Origin: Gracilinanus agilis
Taxonomy: Eukaryota
Reading direction: 5' to 3'
NCBI RefSeq assembly: GCF_016433145.1
Contig: NC_058132.1
Location: 88,677,392-88,741,391, forward strand
Length of the DNA: 64,000 nucleotides
The notes beneath the pieces were generated by a model that had not been told where the DNA came from, did no database searches, and worked only from the letters and a program-made list of their open reading frames with translations. A program made the position numbers and the translations under genes. Below, one piece after another: positions 49,235 to 60,754 of the stretch. Every line of letters begins with the position of its first letter. Position 1 is the first letter of the stretch.

Positions 49235-51183
49235 GTGTCTGAGGCAGGATCTGAACTTAGGTCTCTCTGACTTCAAGTCCAGGGCTCTATGAGCATTAGG
49301 GACAATACTCCAAAGTACACATGAAGATTGCATGAGCAGAGCATTCTGAGCATACTTAAAAGCTCTAGTCTCATTAGACAATCCACTTGTTCCATTAGAA
49401 AGAAAATATATGACCATATTCTGGATTATATTACATCTTGGGATTTTAGTATTAAATATGGGAATGACTCAATACCAGGCTGAGGACTGACTTGCAAGTC
49501 AATGTAGCTGACCTAATCTATTATGATATATGTGGAAATCTTTCCAAAAATATATCTCCTGACCTTTTAAAATAGTATAAAGCAAACAATTACACAATCA
49601 TGGAACTGAGGGGTACATTAACACTACAGGTATACATTGTGTCATTTAGTCTCTTTTGAGAATATAATTTTATATCTTAGCTCATATTTACCAAATGTGA
49701 CATTGAAATCAATTAATTCCATCTATCTGAGCCTTAATTTCTCTATATTTAAAATTGTGGTATTTCTTGTATTATCTACCTCTTAGAGTTTTAATGGAAG
49801 GGGGTTTGTGAGCTTAAAGTGCTATACAACTGTGAGGTATTACTTTTATTTACAAAGTAACCAAATGGAAATTCCACTGTGTCTCTGTTCCTCTTTTTTT
49901 TTTTTTTTTTTTAATCTAGCATGGCTTTCCTTGGTACCTACTAAGGGGACCAGGGATAAATCATTGGAATTTTAAGGACATGCTACTCAGATTTGGTCTG
50001 AGTTGTATACCTATTAAGGGAAGTAGAATTCTCCTACCTCTTGAGGGATCTATATAAGGCCTAAAAAACCCAAAAGATATTTATTTTATTCCTTAATAAT
50101 TATTAAAGTTTTGTTAATGTTTCATACAGGAGATAATAAAGAGACAGAAACAATGCATCATTATAGAATTTTTAAATTATTTAATTCTGTGGTCGATTTC
50201 TACCTCTTGCCCCTCCTATAATTATTTTATTTCCATTTTGTTATGATATTATTTCTGTTTATATACCCTCCTATCTTCCTGGACATGGGTTAACCCAAAG
50301 GTAATACCTAAACACAAAAGACTATTACTCTTATTAGAATGAGATGAATATATAGAATTAGAAATAAAGTACAAAAAGAACCTTTAAGATAAAGAAATAA
50401 TTGCTAAATAGAGATGACGGAAGATTTTAAGAACAATAATACAATAGAAATCCCTGTTTGGCTCCAAAATATAACTTACTATGCATAACTTTCAGGATTA
50501 CATTTTGTAAACTACCAAACTATGAACTAAGAAACTCAAAAATCAACCTTAATTTAGAAATGAGATTTAAAGAGCCTAAGTAATTCATCTGGTGCTACAC
50601 AGCCATTCTTAAAGCTCAGATTATTATTTAGGTCTTTCTTACTCCATGATTAAGGGTGTTACCTAATTTGACAACCTTTAAAATCTTTCCATGTGGGATA
50701 TTATGTTTGGAACCTGATAGGTGGCCAGACATTTTTAACTTTTTGCAATCTTTAATGAGAAAACAATAAACGCTGATAATGTTTTTGAGGTATTTCATTA
50801 CCAGGAGAAGAAAAGTTCAATAATCATGCTTGATCCCTCTAATAAAGGTTACCATAGGAATTTTTCACCATTTTGATCATTTCATTAATTTTCAGCAGTA
50901 TTCTATAATTCTGGGAGATTCCTGAGCTCTTGACATTTTAGAGAGAAAGAAAAATGTCAGAGAATGTTTGGTAGGGAAGGCAAACAGCCAAAGAGAGTCT
51001 CTGATCATGCTCCATAATTCATTTGGCAAATGGCAAGTGATGAAAAAATTAAATGTAGAAATATAAAATATGTTTTGTCACATATCACCATCCCTCATTA
51101 CTCCATACTTGTAAACCTAGTGAGGGAGGGAGGTCATTTCTTCATTCTATATTGGTGTCTGCCCCATTTATTATGGTTGTAAT

Positions 51184-51205
51184 GTAGTAGTAGAAGTAGT
51201 AGTAA

Positions 51206-51285
<80 letters not shown>
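51184..51285. repeat. (TAG)n trinucleotide microsatellite, about 34 units
   Basis: Read directly. Confidence 0.97.
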
Positions 51286-51510
51286 TGTTTGTTATTGTGG
51301 TAGTCTGTTTATGAACATATTTATTTATGAGCAGGGGTATTTAATATTAGAATCCATGGTCATGAAGTTAATTTATATCAATGGAACAAGAACATACAGA
51401 AACATAAAGAATAAAGAAAAAATGTCCATGAGACTCTGCCTTTATAATCCAATCTTGAGCAGGGAGGTTGAAAAGGTCTCATCCCTGGGCTCAAAGTGGC
51501 ACTGAGGGAA

Positions 51511-52400
51511 TGTTATGACCAGTAGGGGGCTAAGGTAGTATATGGGATAACTCAGGAGAAGCCCAAACCACAGCTTGATATGAGAATAGGATTTGTTCAC
51601 CACACCAGCTGGGCTAAGCCTCCTTTAAGAGTGAGAATTCTCTTGCTACCCACAAGCCTTAGAGACCAGTCTCTGGCAGTACAGTTGAGTAGAAGGTAAC
51701 CAGGAAATAGAATGTTGATTCCTGAAAACTTTGCTTATATTTAAGGGTTAGCACTACCTTAATGCAGCTATGATCAGTTCAAGATGTTATCAGGATCTGA
51801 CTACACAAATACAGATGTTGTCAACAAGGTAAGTTTTTAGACTTTTAAGGATCATTATAGGCTTAGAGATTAAAATGGGTTTATTTGGTAAATTGAAGGG
51901 TAGATAATTGGGAGAAGGTGAGTGGGTGATGGATACCCTGAATAATCTTGCCTAAAGTATTATAAGTATAAATAAATATTTAAAATGAAGATGTCCCCTA
52001 AGGAGCAGATTTCAAAAGGACCTTGGTGGTCTCCCTCTGACTCTGGAGCTGTTTGTTGCTGAGCCCAGGGCTATGCAATCTCTGGTTTAGATGCTATTGA
52101 AATTCTTATTTTTTGTTGAATGATCTTGAATGTAAATAAAGCTTATTGGCTATGCCCATAAAAGGTCTTTGATATGGCTACCAATGAAGGTTGACTCTGC
52201 CTGCCTTCCTATATCAAAACTTTCCACTTCCCAGGGCCCAGACTGTCACTTCCTGCCTCCCTAACCTAAGGAGAAGAAGAAGCCCCTGAGGGGTCTGTGG
52301 ACCTCAATTTATACCCTGTCCCTAACTGTCACCTTGGTACATGCCCAGGACTGCTTTGCCATGTTCTGAGATCCAAAATGGCAAAATGCTTTTTTGTGCC
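51511..52400. mobile_element. LTR-like tract, possibly nested LTRs
   Basis: Starts TGTTATG, with a second TGTTATC start at 51786 and aataaa near 52135. Boundaries and TSD not resolved. Confidence 0.35.
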
Positions 52401-53128
52401 TACAGAAAATGGCTGCCCATTTCTGTATATTACAGGAATTATGCACAGGGTATAAAAACATATTCCCTGGTTTCTGTACATTTCCTACTTTTTGACACTT
52501 GTCTTTACAGATACTGAAAGTAGAGCAGAAAGAGCCTGTGAATTGTACAAGATGATAGAACCTTTTCTACTCAAAAGTTGTTGTTTTCCCCCAAAGTACA
52601 GCTAGTGGCATAGCCATGAAAGTGAGCCCTTCCCCAACAAATAAAGACACTGACATTTAGGAAACAATTTCTGGATGCAGGACTATACATCTATTCCCCA
52701 TCCTTACTAATTTTTGCTAGTATCAGAAATTCCTATAGCCCAGACTTAAGCCCTGATCTTCAGAAAACTCACTTTGAGATTCCTGGGAAATATTATATCC
52801 TGTTTTGTAGTCAGAATGGAAGATATGTCTACATTAAAGTATCAGGGAATATTTACCTAAGAATTCTGTGCCTAGTACTACCCCCATGAGAAACATCTCC
52901 TCCTTTTTGCTCCCCCAGAGATTCACCACAGCGACTGAATTTCTATGGGCTCTGAGGAGATGCTGACCTATTCTGACTGTTTTATTATTACTTCTTCCCC
53001 CTCTTGCCTAGGAAAGAGCCATCTCTCAAAGTACATAGCCAGAAGGGGAACACATTGTACTCCCACTATATCTCTTTCTTTCTCAATTCCTGACTCAGTT
53101 TGAAGTTATTGCAAGATAACTAGGTTAT

Positions 53129-53647
53129 TATTATTCCTATTGACTCCCAGAGGAGTATAGGGCCGCAACCATCTCACGCCAATGGACTCTGTTCTGGGCA
53201 ACATCCCCCAACTGGGCATCTCACGCCAACGGACTCTGATCTGGGCAACTTCCCCCAACTAGGCATATCTTTGCCAGGTCTGTTTTGGCCTTCCAACTTT
53301 CCTCCTCCCTGGTGGGTTCCATATTTTTTTTTCATAGCGTCCTGACTGATGGGATACTGAATTGCTCTTTCCCAGAGTCTGGTATTGGAGATCTTTTCAG
53401 GCCATCTGATGTTCAAGATTTGACATAGGCATCTGTTAACAAAGACCTGGAGTTTGTTGGTTTTTGCCAGCCCGCATTGTGGACTCTGTTGGAGAGCAAT
53501 CTTCCAGACTAGGTGATCCTAGGTTTTGTTGGTTTAATGAGGTTGCAGTTTCTGTAGCAAATGAAATTTTTAAGGGGTGAGGTTGCTAGCCTGGAGCCCA
53601 ACCCTCCACCTTTTTCAGCCAGGCTTGGGACCGTCCTTGGCAGAGTT
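53129..53647 (-). mobile_element. Short internally deleted RTE-clade element with perfect TSD
   Basis: 15-bp TSD agataactaggttat (53114-28 / 53648-62) and (AAT)n tail. RTE-type 5' motif cccaagcc..ggagggttgggc..gctagcaacc is fused to RT C-terminal KLQVFVNRCL..ILNIRWPEKISN..LWER and AQNRVHWREMVAALY. Confidence 0.85.
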
Positions 53648-53664
53648 AGATAACTAGGTTATAT

Positions 53665-53870
53665 AGTAGATAATTAGTTAGGAAGCTATGAGTTCAATTT
53701 CTTTCCTAGACCCTTACTAGTTGAATGACCTTGGACAAGTAATGATCACTCTCAAACTGAGTTGCCTCATAAGTAAAATGTAGGCAATTGTGGTCCTGCC
53801 TCATTAAACTGTTGGGATAAAAAAAATGGGAACATATGTAAATTGTTTTACAAACATTAATGTCTTATGT
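53665..53870 (+). mobile_element. MIR SINE
   Basis: gagttcaattt..cttactagttgaatgaccttggacaagt..tcataagtaaaatg. Confidence 0.6.
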
Positions 53871-54637
53871 AAATGTCATCTGTGTCATCTAGTGCAATTT
53901 CCACTCCTTTTACTTCCATTACTACCTTCTTTTCCTTGAGGCTTTCCCACCCAGTTATTGTCTCAGCTGATCCAGCATTGCATTATGTATTATTTGAATG
54001 TCAAGAAGAGGTAAAGAATCTTTATCTATGTAACAGAATGGAACTAAAAACATTAAAATTTCACCTAAGCTTTCATAATTCTTTTTTTTCTTTTTAATAA
54101 AATTTCTTCTATTTCCCCCCATAATTAGATGTTAAAAAACATTTCCAATACTTTAAAAATAATTTTGAATCTCAAAATTCAGGCTTTCTCTGTCAACACC
54201 CTCCCTACCAGACAGTAAGCAATTTCATATAGATTTTACATTGCCATCATGTAAAACATTTTCCTATATAAATCTTTTTGTGGAAGGAAATGAATGAAAA
54301 AATTAAGAAAGAAAGTGAAAAAAGGTTAATTTGGTCTGAATTTAGACTCCATCAGTTCTTTCTGTGGAAATAGATGGAAGTTTATTAATTACTGTGCTGA
54401 AATTTAATAACATAATGGTCAACCTGGATTCCAGAGGACTACTAAAGAATTATGCTACCCACCTCCAGATAAAGAAGTGGAAACTCAGAATTCAGAGTGG
54501 AACAAATATTTTTTGGATATGGTCAACATGGAAAATAGTTTTGATTCACTATACATGTTTGTAGTGGATTGTAGATAATTAAAACAAATGAAATATTTTT
54601 AAAAGAATTGCTAATTCTACTCTAACCAATTCACATG

Positions 54638-55225
54638 TGTTGACATGGAATCTAGAGTCCCCAAACTTGTGGCTTAGTGAGATCTGATGAACCCCAAGTT
54701 TCAGAAATAGCTTGTAGGTTGGAGACCCCAAAGCTTGTGCTTCTTCCCAGTTCCCTTGAGAATCTGGGACTATCAGTTGTGAACTGAATAATGGACCCCA
54801 GGGTAAATGCTAAATACCCTTTTGTCTTGGGTAGTCTTCCCCAATGGGGACACACCTGGGCAGGGACTATCCTTTAGTATCCATTGGGTAAGCAGCCCCT
54901 TCCCTTACACCCTAGTCTCTAGCTATGATTCCCATTCCTAGGCTTGATTGTATACTGTCAGTATAATGTCAATAATCTCTCCCAGCCCTGGATCTTCCCA
55001 AATGGTATATAAATTCCCCAATTTCCTTTGTTCCTTGGAGTCCTCATCTAGGGCAGTGTCACTCCCAGGGGGGGTCAGGGAGCAGAGCAAAGCAGTGTTC
55101 ATTTCTTAGACTCTGCACAATGCACAGCTCTGCAGAAGAGGCCAGGTAGCCCTAATCCCCCTTACCCTTGATTAAAGAGTGATTTTATGACTATTTAATA
55201 ATTCCGTGTTTTTTCCAAGTTAACA
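54638..55225 (+). mobile_element. Solo LTR, 588 bp
   Basis: TGTTGAC...GTTAACA termini, 4-bp TSD CATG, TATATAAA at 55006, ATTAAA at 55171. Confidence 0.8.
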
Positions 55226-55324
55226 CATGAATTCCCAATATAATATTGCTTGACAAGTTATCTCCAGTCCGTAGGTGAAGGTCTCCAAGATGTCCAAGTA
55301 GAGGGAACACTGTAGATATCGAAC

Positions 55325-55378
55325 CCCAAGCACAGTGCCTGACAAATAGGTGCTTAATAAATGCTCACTGAACTGACT
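55325..55378 (+). mobile_element. L2 3' end
   Basis: cccaagcacagtgcctgacaaataggtgcttaataaatgct. Confidence 0.65.
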
Positions 55379-55384
55379 GTTCCA

Positions 55385-58240
55385 TTTTTTCCCTTTTTAT
55401 TTTTTTAATTTTTTAATTTAATTATTTAATTTAGAATATTTTTCCACGACTACATGACTCATGTTCTTTCCCTGCCCTCCTCAATCCCTTCCATTGCCAA
55501 TGAATAATTCCACTGGGTTCCACATGCAACATTGTTCAAAGCCTACTTCCACATTATTAATATTTTCAATAGAGTGATAATTTAGAATCTACATCCCCAA
55601 CCATATCCCCATCGAACCATGTGATCAAGAAACTGTTTTTCTTCTGCATTTTTACTCCCACAGTTCCTTCTCTGAATGTGGATAGTGTTCCCTCCCATAA
55701 GTACAGATGACATTTTTTATCATGAGTTCTTTCGGATTGTTTTAGATCATTTATTGTTGAGAATAGCTGTTATTCACAGTTGTTCATTGTACAATATTCC
55801 CATCACTATGTTCTCTTGGTTCTGCTTACTTCTCTCTCTAGTACATATTAGTCTTTCCATGGCCTTCTGCTCATCATTTCTTATAGAATAATAATATCTT
55901 ATTATAATCATATATTGTAACTTACTTAGCCATTCCCCAATTGATGAGTATCCCTTTAGTTTCTAGTCATTTGCCTCCTCAAAAAGAGCTACATAAAATA
56001 TTTTTGTACATATAGGTTCTTCCCCTTCTTGTTTTTTTGTCTCTTTGGGATACAAAAGTAGTAACAGAATTTTTGGATCAAAGGCTATGAACTGTTTTAT
56101 TGTGCTTTGGGCATAGATTCAAATTGCATTCCAGAATGAATGGCCCTGTTCACAACTCCTACAACAGTGCATTAGTGTCTCAATTTTCCATATCCCTTCC
56201 TAGTTTTGTCATTTTCCTTTTCTGTCATAATAGCCAATCTGATAGGTTTGAAGTGATACTAAGGAGTTATTTCAATGTTAATTTCTCAATTTTTATTTAT
56301 TTTCTAATAATTTTTAGTTTTGTTTTTTTGCAGGAATATAAAGAACTTCAATCGCTTTGTCTGAGAAGTGCCTGTTTATATCATTCAGCCATTTCAACTG
56401 GAGAATGATTTGTATTCATCTACATTCAAGCCATCATTATATGTATTTGAAAAATGAGGCCTTTATTAGGGAGATTTATTGTAAAATTTTTACACAATTA
56501 TGATAGCTGTGTATTATTCTCCATTCTATTTCCCCCCTATTTACTTTCTGACCAACACATATCTCAATTTGTCTTCTTTTCGACCCTTCCTCTCATTTTC
56601 TATAGGATAATATTTCCCTTTATACACAATTGATTGTATATGTTCTTCCCTCCTTGAGCTAATTCCTATGAGATCAAAGTTCACATGCTCCCCTTTCCAC
56701 CTCCCTCATGTTCCCTTCCACTATAAAAACTCTTTCACAATTATTTTATGTATGATAATTTATCACATTCTATTTTCCCTTCCCTGATGCATTCCTCTTT
56801 CTTATGACTTCATTTTATTTTATTTTTTGAAATAATCCCATCATATTTAATTCACACCTTGGTCCACTTTCTATGTCATAATCCTTCTATCTTAATAATG
56901 ATAATCATTTTCCCATGTAGATATGCATACAATTTAACCTTGTTGAATATCTTTTGTTTACTTTTTCCTGTTTACCTTTTCATGATTCTCTAAAGTCTTG
57001 AATTTGACAGTCAAATTTTCCATTCAGTTCTGATCTTTTAATTGGTAATATTTGAAAGTTCTCTATTACATTGAATATCCATTTCCCCCCCTAAGGATTA
57101 TGCTTAGGTATGCTCCATGATTCTTGGTTGAAGTCATAGCTCTATTGGTGTCTAGATTATCACATTCTAGGCCTTACTATTCTTTACTGTATAAACTGCT
57201 AAATCTTGTTATCCTGACTTGTTTTATGATATTAGAATTGTTTCTATTTGACTCCATGCCATAAATCTGGGAGTTCTGGAATTTGTCCATAATAATCCCA
57301 GCAGTTTTTACTTTGGGATATCTTTCAGGAGGTGATCCGTATATTCTTTCAATTTCTATTTTACCCTCTGGTTCTAGAATATCAAGGAAATTTTCCTTGA
57401 TGATTTCTTGAGAGTTAATGTCTAAGCTCTTTTTTTTTTGGTCAAGGATTTTAGGTAATTTAAAAATTCTTATATCTCCTATATTTATTTCCAGATCAAT
57501 TGCTTTTCCAATGAGATCTTTTATATTTTATTCTTTTTAAATTTTCATTCTTTTTTTGTTTGATTGTTTCTTGATGTCTAAAGTATTCATTACATTCCAC
57601 TTACCTAATTCTAATTTTAATACATTATTTTTTTGCAGGTGGGTTTTGTGATTCCTTTTCCATTTGGTCAATTCTAATTTTAAAAAAAATTCATTTTCTT
57701 CAATGAATTTTATATCCCTTTTTCCATATGTCTACCTTTTAAAAAGTTCTTTTTGGTGTATTTTTGTATATCATTTTTTCATTGATCAATATTACTTTTT
57801 AAAAGGTTCTTTTTCTTCATTGATTTTTTGTGTTTCTTTTATCAATTGCCATATCTCATTTATTTTCCCAATTTTTGTTCTGCTTCTTATTTGATTTTTC
57901 AAATCTTTTTTTAAAACCCTTAACTTCTGTATATTGGCTCCTAGGTAGAAGAGTGGTAAGGGTGGGCAACGGGGGTCAAGTGACTTTCCCAGGGTCACAC
58001 AGCTGGGACGTATCTAAGGCTGGATTTGAACCTAGGACCTCCAGTCGCTAGGCCTGACTCTCAATTGACTGAGCTACCCAGCTGCCCCCCACTGAGCTAC
58101 CCAGCTGCCCCTTCAAATCTTTTTTCAGCTCCTCCACTTATTCTTTTTTTTGACTTGAGAGCAATTCATATTTCCTTGGAGGTTTTAGATATAGCAGTAT
58201 TGGCCTTGCTATCTTTTTCTGAATTTGTGTGTGTATGAAT
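55385..58240 (-). mobile_element. Old antisense L1: 3'UTR, ORF2 C-terminus, inter-ORF region and ORF1, lacking EN/RT
   Basis: Poly-T tail at 55385, antisense ORF2 C-terminal motifs 55700-56470, then directly the inter-ORF and ORF1 motifs (ggaggtgatccgtatattctttcaatttctatttt.ccctct). Confidence 0.7.
57912..58111 (-). mobile_element. Young SINE1_Mdo with duplicated 5' end
   Basis: 14-bp TSD ttcaaatctttttt (57898-911 / 58112-125); actgagctacccagctgcccc present twice (58068, 58091). Confidence 0.9.
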
Positions 58241-59630
58241 ATGTATATAGATGAAATATTTAAACAAATAATAAAAAGAATAAAAATTTTGTGTAATGAG
58301 TGACTGAAATCTCATTTGCATAATATTTCTCACTGGGACAGAATTGTTTATTCGCTGTTCCTTGCCTCTGTGGGGGGCAAGATTAAACAATATTTTTTTT
58401 TCTTCTGAAAAACTACTGGAACTGAGTGTCTTCTTTATTAATTCTTGAAATCAGACCAGCCTTTGTCTTCTCTCCCAACTTATTTAATACTTCATATCTC
58501 TGGGAGGTCATGATTCTTGAATAATCAGTTTCCATCAATGAGAAGAGTATTATGTAAATGTCCATTGAGTCACCCATTACAGTTATATTCTCTCCAATTT
58601 TTCAGGAAATTATATGGTTGCAAAGATATGGCCTGTCATAGTATATATTCTTCAAAAGTCTCTTCTTCATTTGTCATATTTTCTTTAGGAATTCCTTCAA
58701 ATTTTAGAGATTAGGTTGGAAAAATTTTGTAGATATAATAAAATAGAAGTGTAAATAATTATTAATATAATTTTTTTTAAAAAGGGATTTAGTGAGTTTT
58801 TTTTCTCTTTCAACGGAAACCAGTTGCTAAAATTTAACTTATATCCTTATTTGGAATAAGAAAGTATTTTATGATAGAATGAAATGATTGAATGATTATC
58901 ACTGCTGAATTTAGAGACTGGGGACTTAGAGCATATTCCCCTGGTTTCAGAAGAGTACAAATGAATTGGCCATCCCAAGAGAATAAATCTTCTCCCAGGA
59001 TTATTAGCAACAGTCTTACATAAATCCAATTGTCCCATTTCCTTTATTCCTGATGCCAAGGAAAAGAAACAGCTTTCTTTCATGCCCTATTATTGGAAAT
59101 TATGGAATGTAGAAACCTATTTACCAAATAACTAATGGGGGGTTAGTGAGGAAAGGAAGTGATTGGAAGAGAGAAATCAACAGAGATCAAATGGATAAGA
59201 TGACATTGTGAGAAAAGGGCTTCTCTGACAACCATTCCTTCTTGCTCTAATGATCAGTGATTTCATTGGAAGAAAAATATTCCAAATATATGAAACAAAG
59301 CAATAAGGGTCCTTTTCCTTCCAATTGTTTACCCTCTTCAGAACAATACTTCTTGGTAAGAATTTTTACCATTACTCCGACTTTCTATCTGTTCATACCT
59401 CATAGTTATTAAGACTCAAGACAATGAGCTTATATTTTCTCTAACTCTCAGAAAGAAGATTCACATCAAGGACATTGAAATTTATACCTTATTGTCAAGA
59501 GATAAAATTATATGGAACTGAGAAGTGGGTAAGTAATACTTCCCCCCACTCTAGGGAAATTATACTTCTTTTTTATTCAGTTCCTGAACTTCACCACATG
59601 ACATTTTTATGCTGTTTAAGATTGTCATGA

Positions 59631-59656
59631 CTATCTTTTCCTTTCCTTTCTGGCAG
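59631..59656 (+). promoter_or_regulatory. Splice acceptor of the OR51V paralog C coding exon
   Basis: ctatcttttcctttcctttctggCAG, preceded by a branch-like atgac, 84 nt before the ATG. Confidence 0.65.
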
Positions 59657-59740
59657 AAAATCTGATGGTAATATGAATTTAAGACTAATTCCCTGAGGAA
59701 GGAATCACTGACCTCATTTCATTGTCACCTGTGTTCACTG

Positions 59741-60685
59741 ATGTTTGTTCTGACCAGCCCGAACATTACATCCTCACTCTTCTTCCTCACTGGCTTGCCA
59801 GGACTAGAAAAATCCTATACTTGGATTTCCTTACTCTTCTTTTCCATCTATGCCATGGTCCTCTTGGGTAACTGCATGATCCTCCATGTGATCCAGACTG
59901 ACCCTAGTCTGCATGAGCCCATGTTTTATTTTCTGGCCATGTTGGCCTTCACTGACCTGTGCATGGGGTTGTCCACTGTTTACACTGTTTTAGGTATCCT
60001 GTGGGGGATCGTCCAAGAGATTACTCTTGATGCCTGTATCCTTCAGACTTATTTCATCCACGGACTGTCTTGCATGGAGTCGTCTGTACTACTTGCCATG
60101 TCATTTGACCGCTATGTTGCAATCTGCAACCCACTGAGGTATACTACCATCTTGACCAACCCCAGGATCATTCAAATTGGAGTGGCTATTTTAATCCGAA
60201 GTTTTCTGTTTATTACTCCTCCCATTATCCGCCTGAAGTTTTTTAATTATTGCCGCCCCCACATTCTTTCCCACTCCTTCTGTCTGCATCAGGACCTTCT
60301 GCGCTTGGCTTGCTCTGACATCCATTTCAACAGTTTCTATGCTCTGGCTTTAGTGATCTGTACCCTACTCTTAGACTCTCTGCTCATTCTTATATCTTAC
60401 ATCCTGATTCTTCACTCAGTCTTGGCTATTGCATCCCGTGAAGAGAGACTCAAGTCCTTCCAGACCTGTGTCTCTCACATTTGTGCCGTCCTGGTTTTCT
60501 ATATACCTATCATTGGCCTGACAATGGTACACCGTTTTGGGAAGCATCTTTCTCCACTGGTACATGTACTCATGGGGAATATCTATATCCTTTTCCCACC
60601 GCTGATGAACCCCATCATTTATAGTATAAAGACTCAACAAATCCGAAGCAGAATTCAAAGGTGGTTTTCTCTGAAAAAAGAATAA
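59741..60685 (+). CDS. OR51V1: Class I olfactory receptor OR51V1-like, paralog C, 314 aa, intact
   Basis: NIT glycosylation site, SIYAMVLLGNCM, LHEPMFYFL, SFDRYVAICNPLRY, FITPPII (as in human OR51V1), HSFCLHQDLLRLACSD, TMVHRFGKHLSP, PPLMNPIIY. Confidence 0.96.
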   Translation: MFVLTSPNITSSLFFLTGLPGLEKSYTWISLLFFSIYAMVLLGNCMILHVIQTDPSLHEPMFYFLAMLAFTDLCMGLSTVYTVLGILWGIVQEITLDACILQTYFIHGLSCMESSVLLAMSFDRYVAICNPLRYTTILTNPRIIQIGVAILIRSFLFITPPIIRLKFFNYCRPHILSHSFCLHQDLLRLACSDIHFNSFYALALVICTLLLDSLLILISYILILHSVLAIASREERLKSFQTCVSHICAVLVFYIPIIGLTMVHRFGKHLSPLVHVLMGNIYILFPPLMNPIIYSIKTQQIRSRIQRWFSLKKE

Positions 60686-60754
60686 ACTATTCATAATATG
60701 GCTTTGTCCATCAAAATCACACCTTTCTTTTGACTCTCAGGATCAGAAGGGTAA

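Larger units (their letters stand above)
35962..50049 (+). repeat. Tandem segmental duplication, copy 2 (about 14.1 kb)
   Basis: Collinear with 20100-35961; junction at about 35961-35980. Confidence 0.97.

Noticed and set aside
20100-50049. Duplication as a false (haplotype) duplication in the assembly
   Set aside because: About 13% divergence in a sampled flank, many indels, and copy-specific insertions with clean empty sites are far beyond allelic variation.
51184-51285. (TAG)n tract as a functional element
   Set aside because: Ordinary intergenic trinucleotide microsatellite with no evidence of function.
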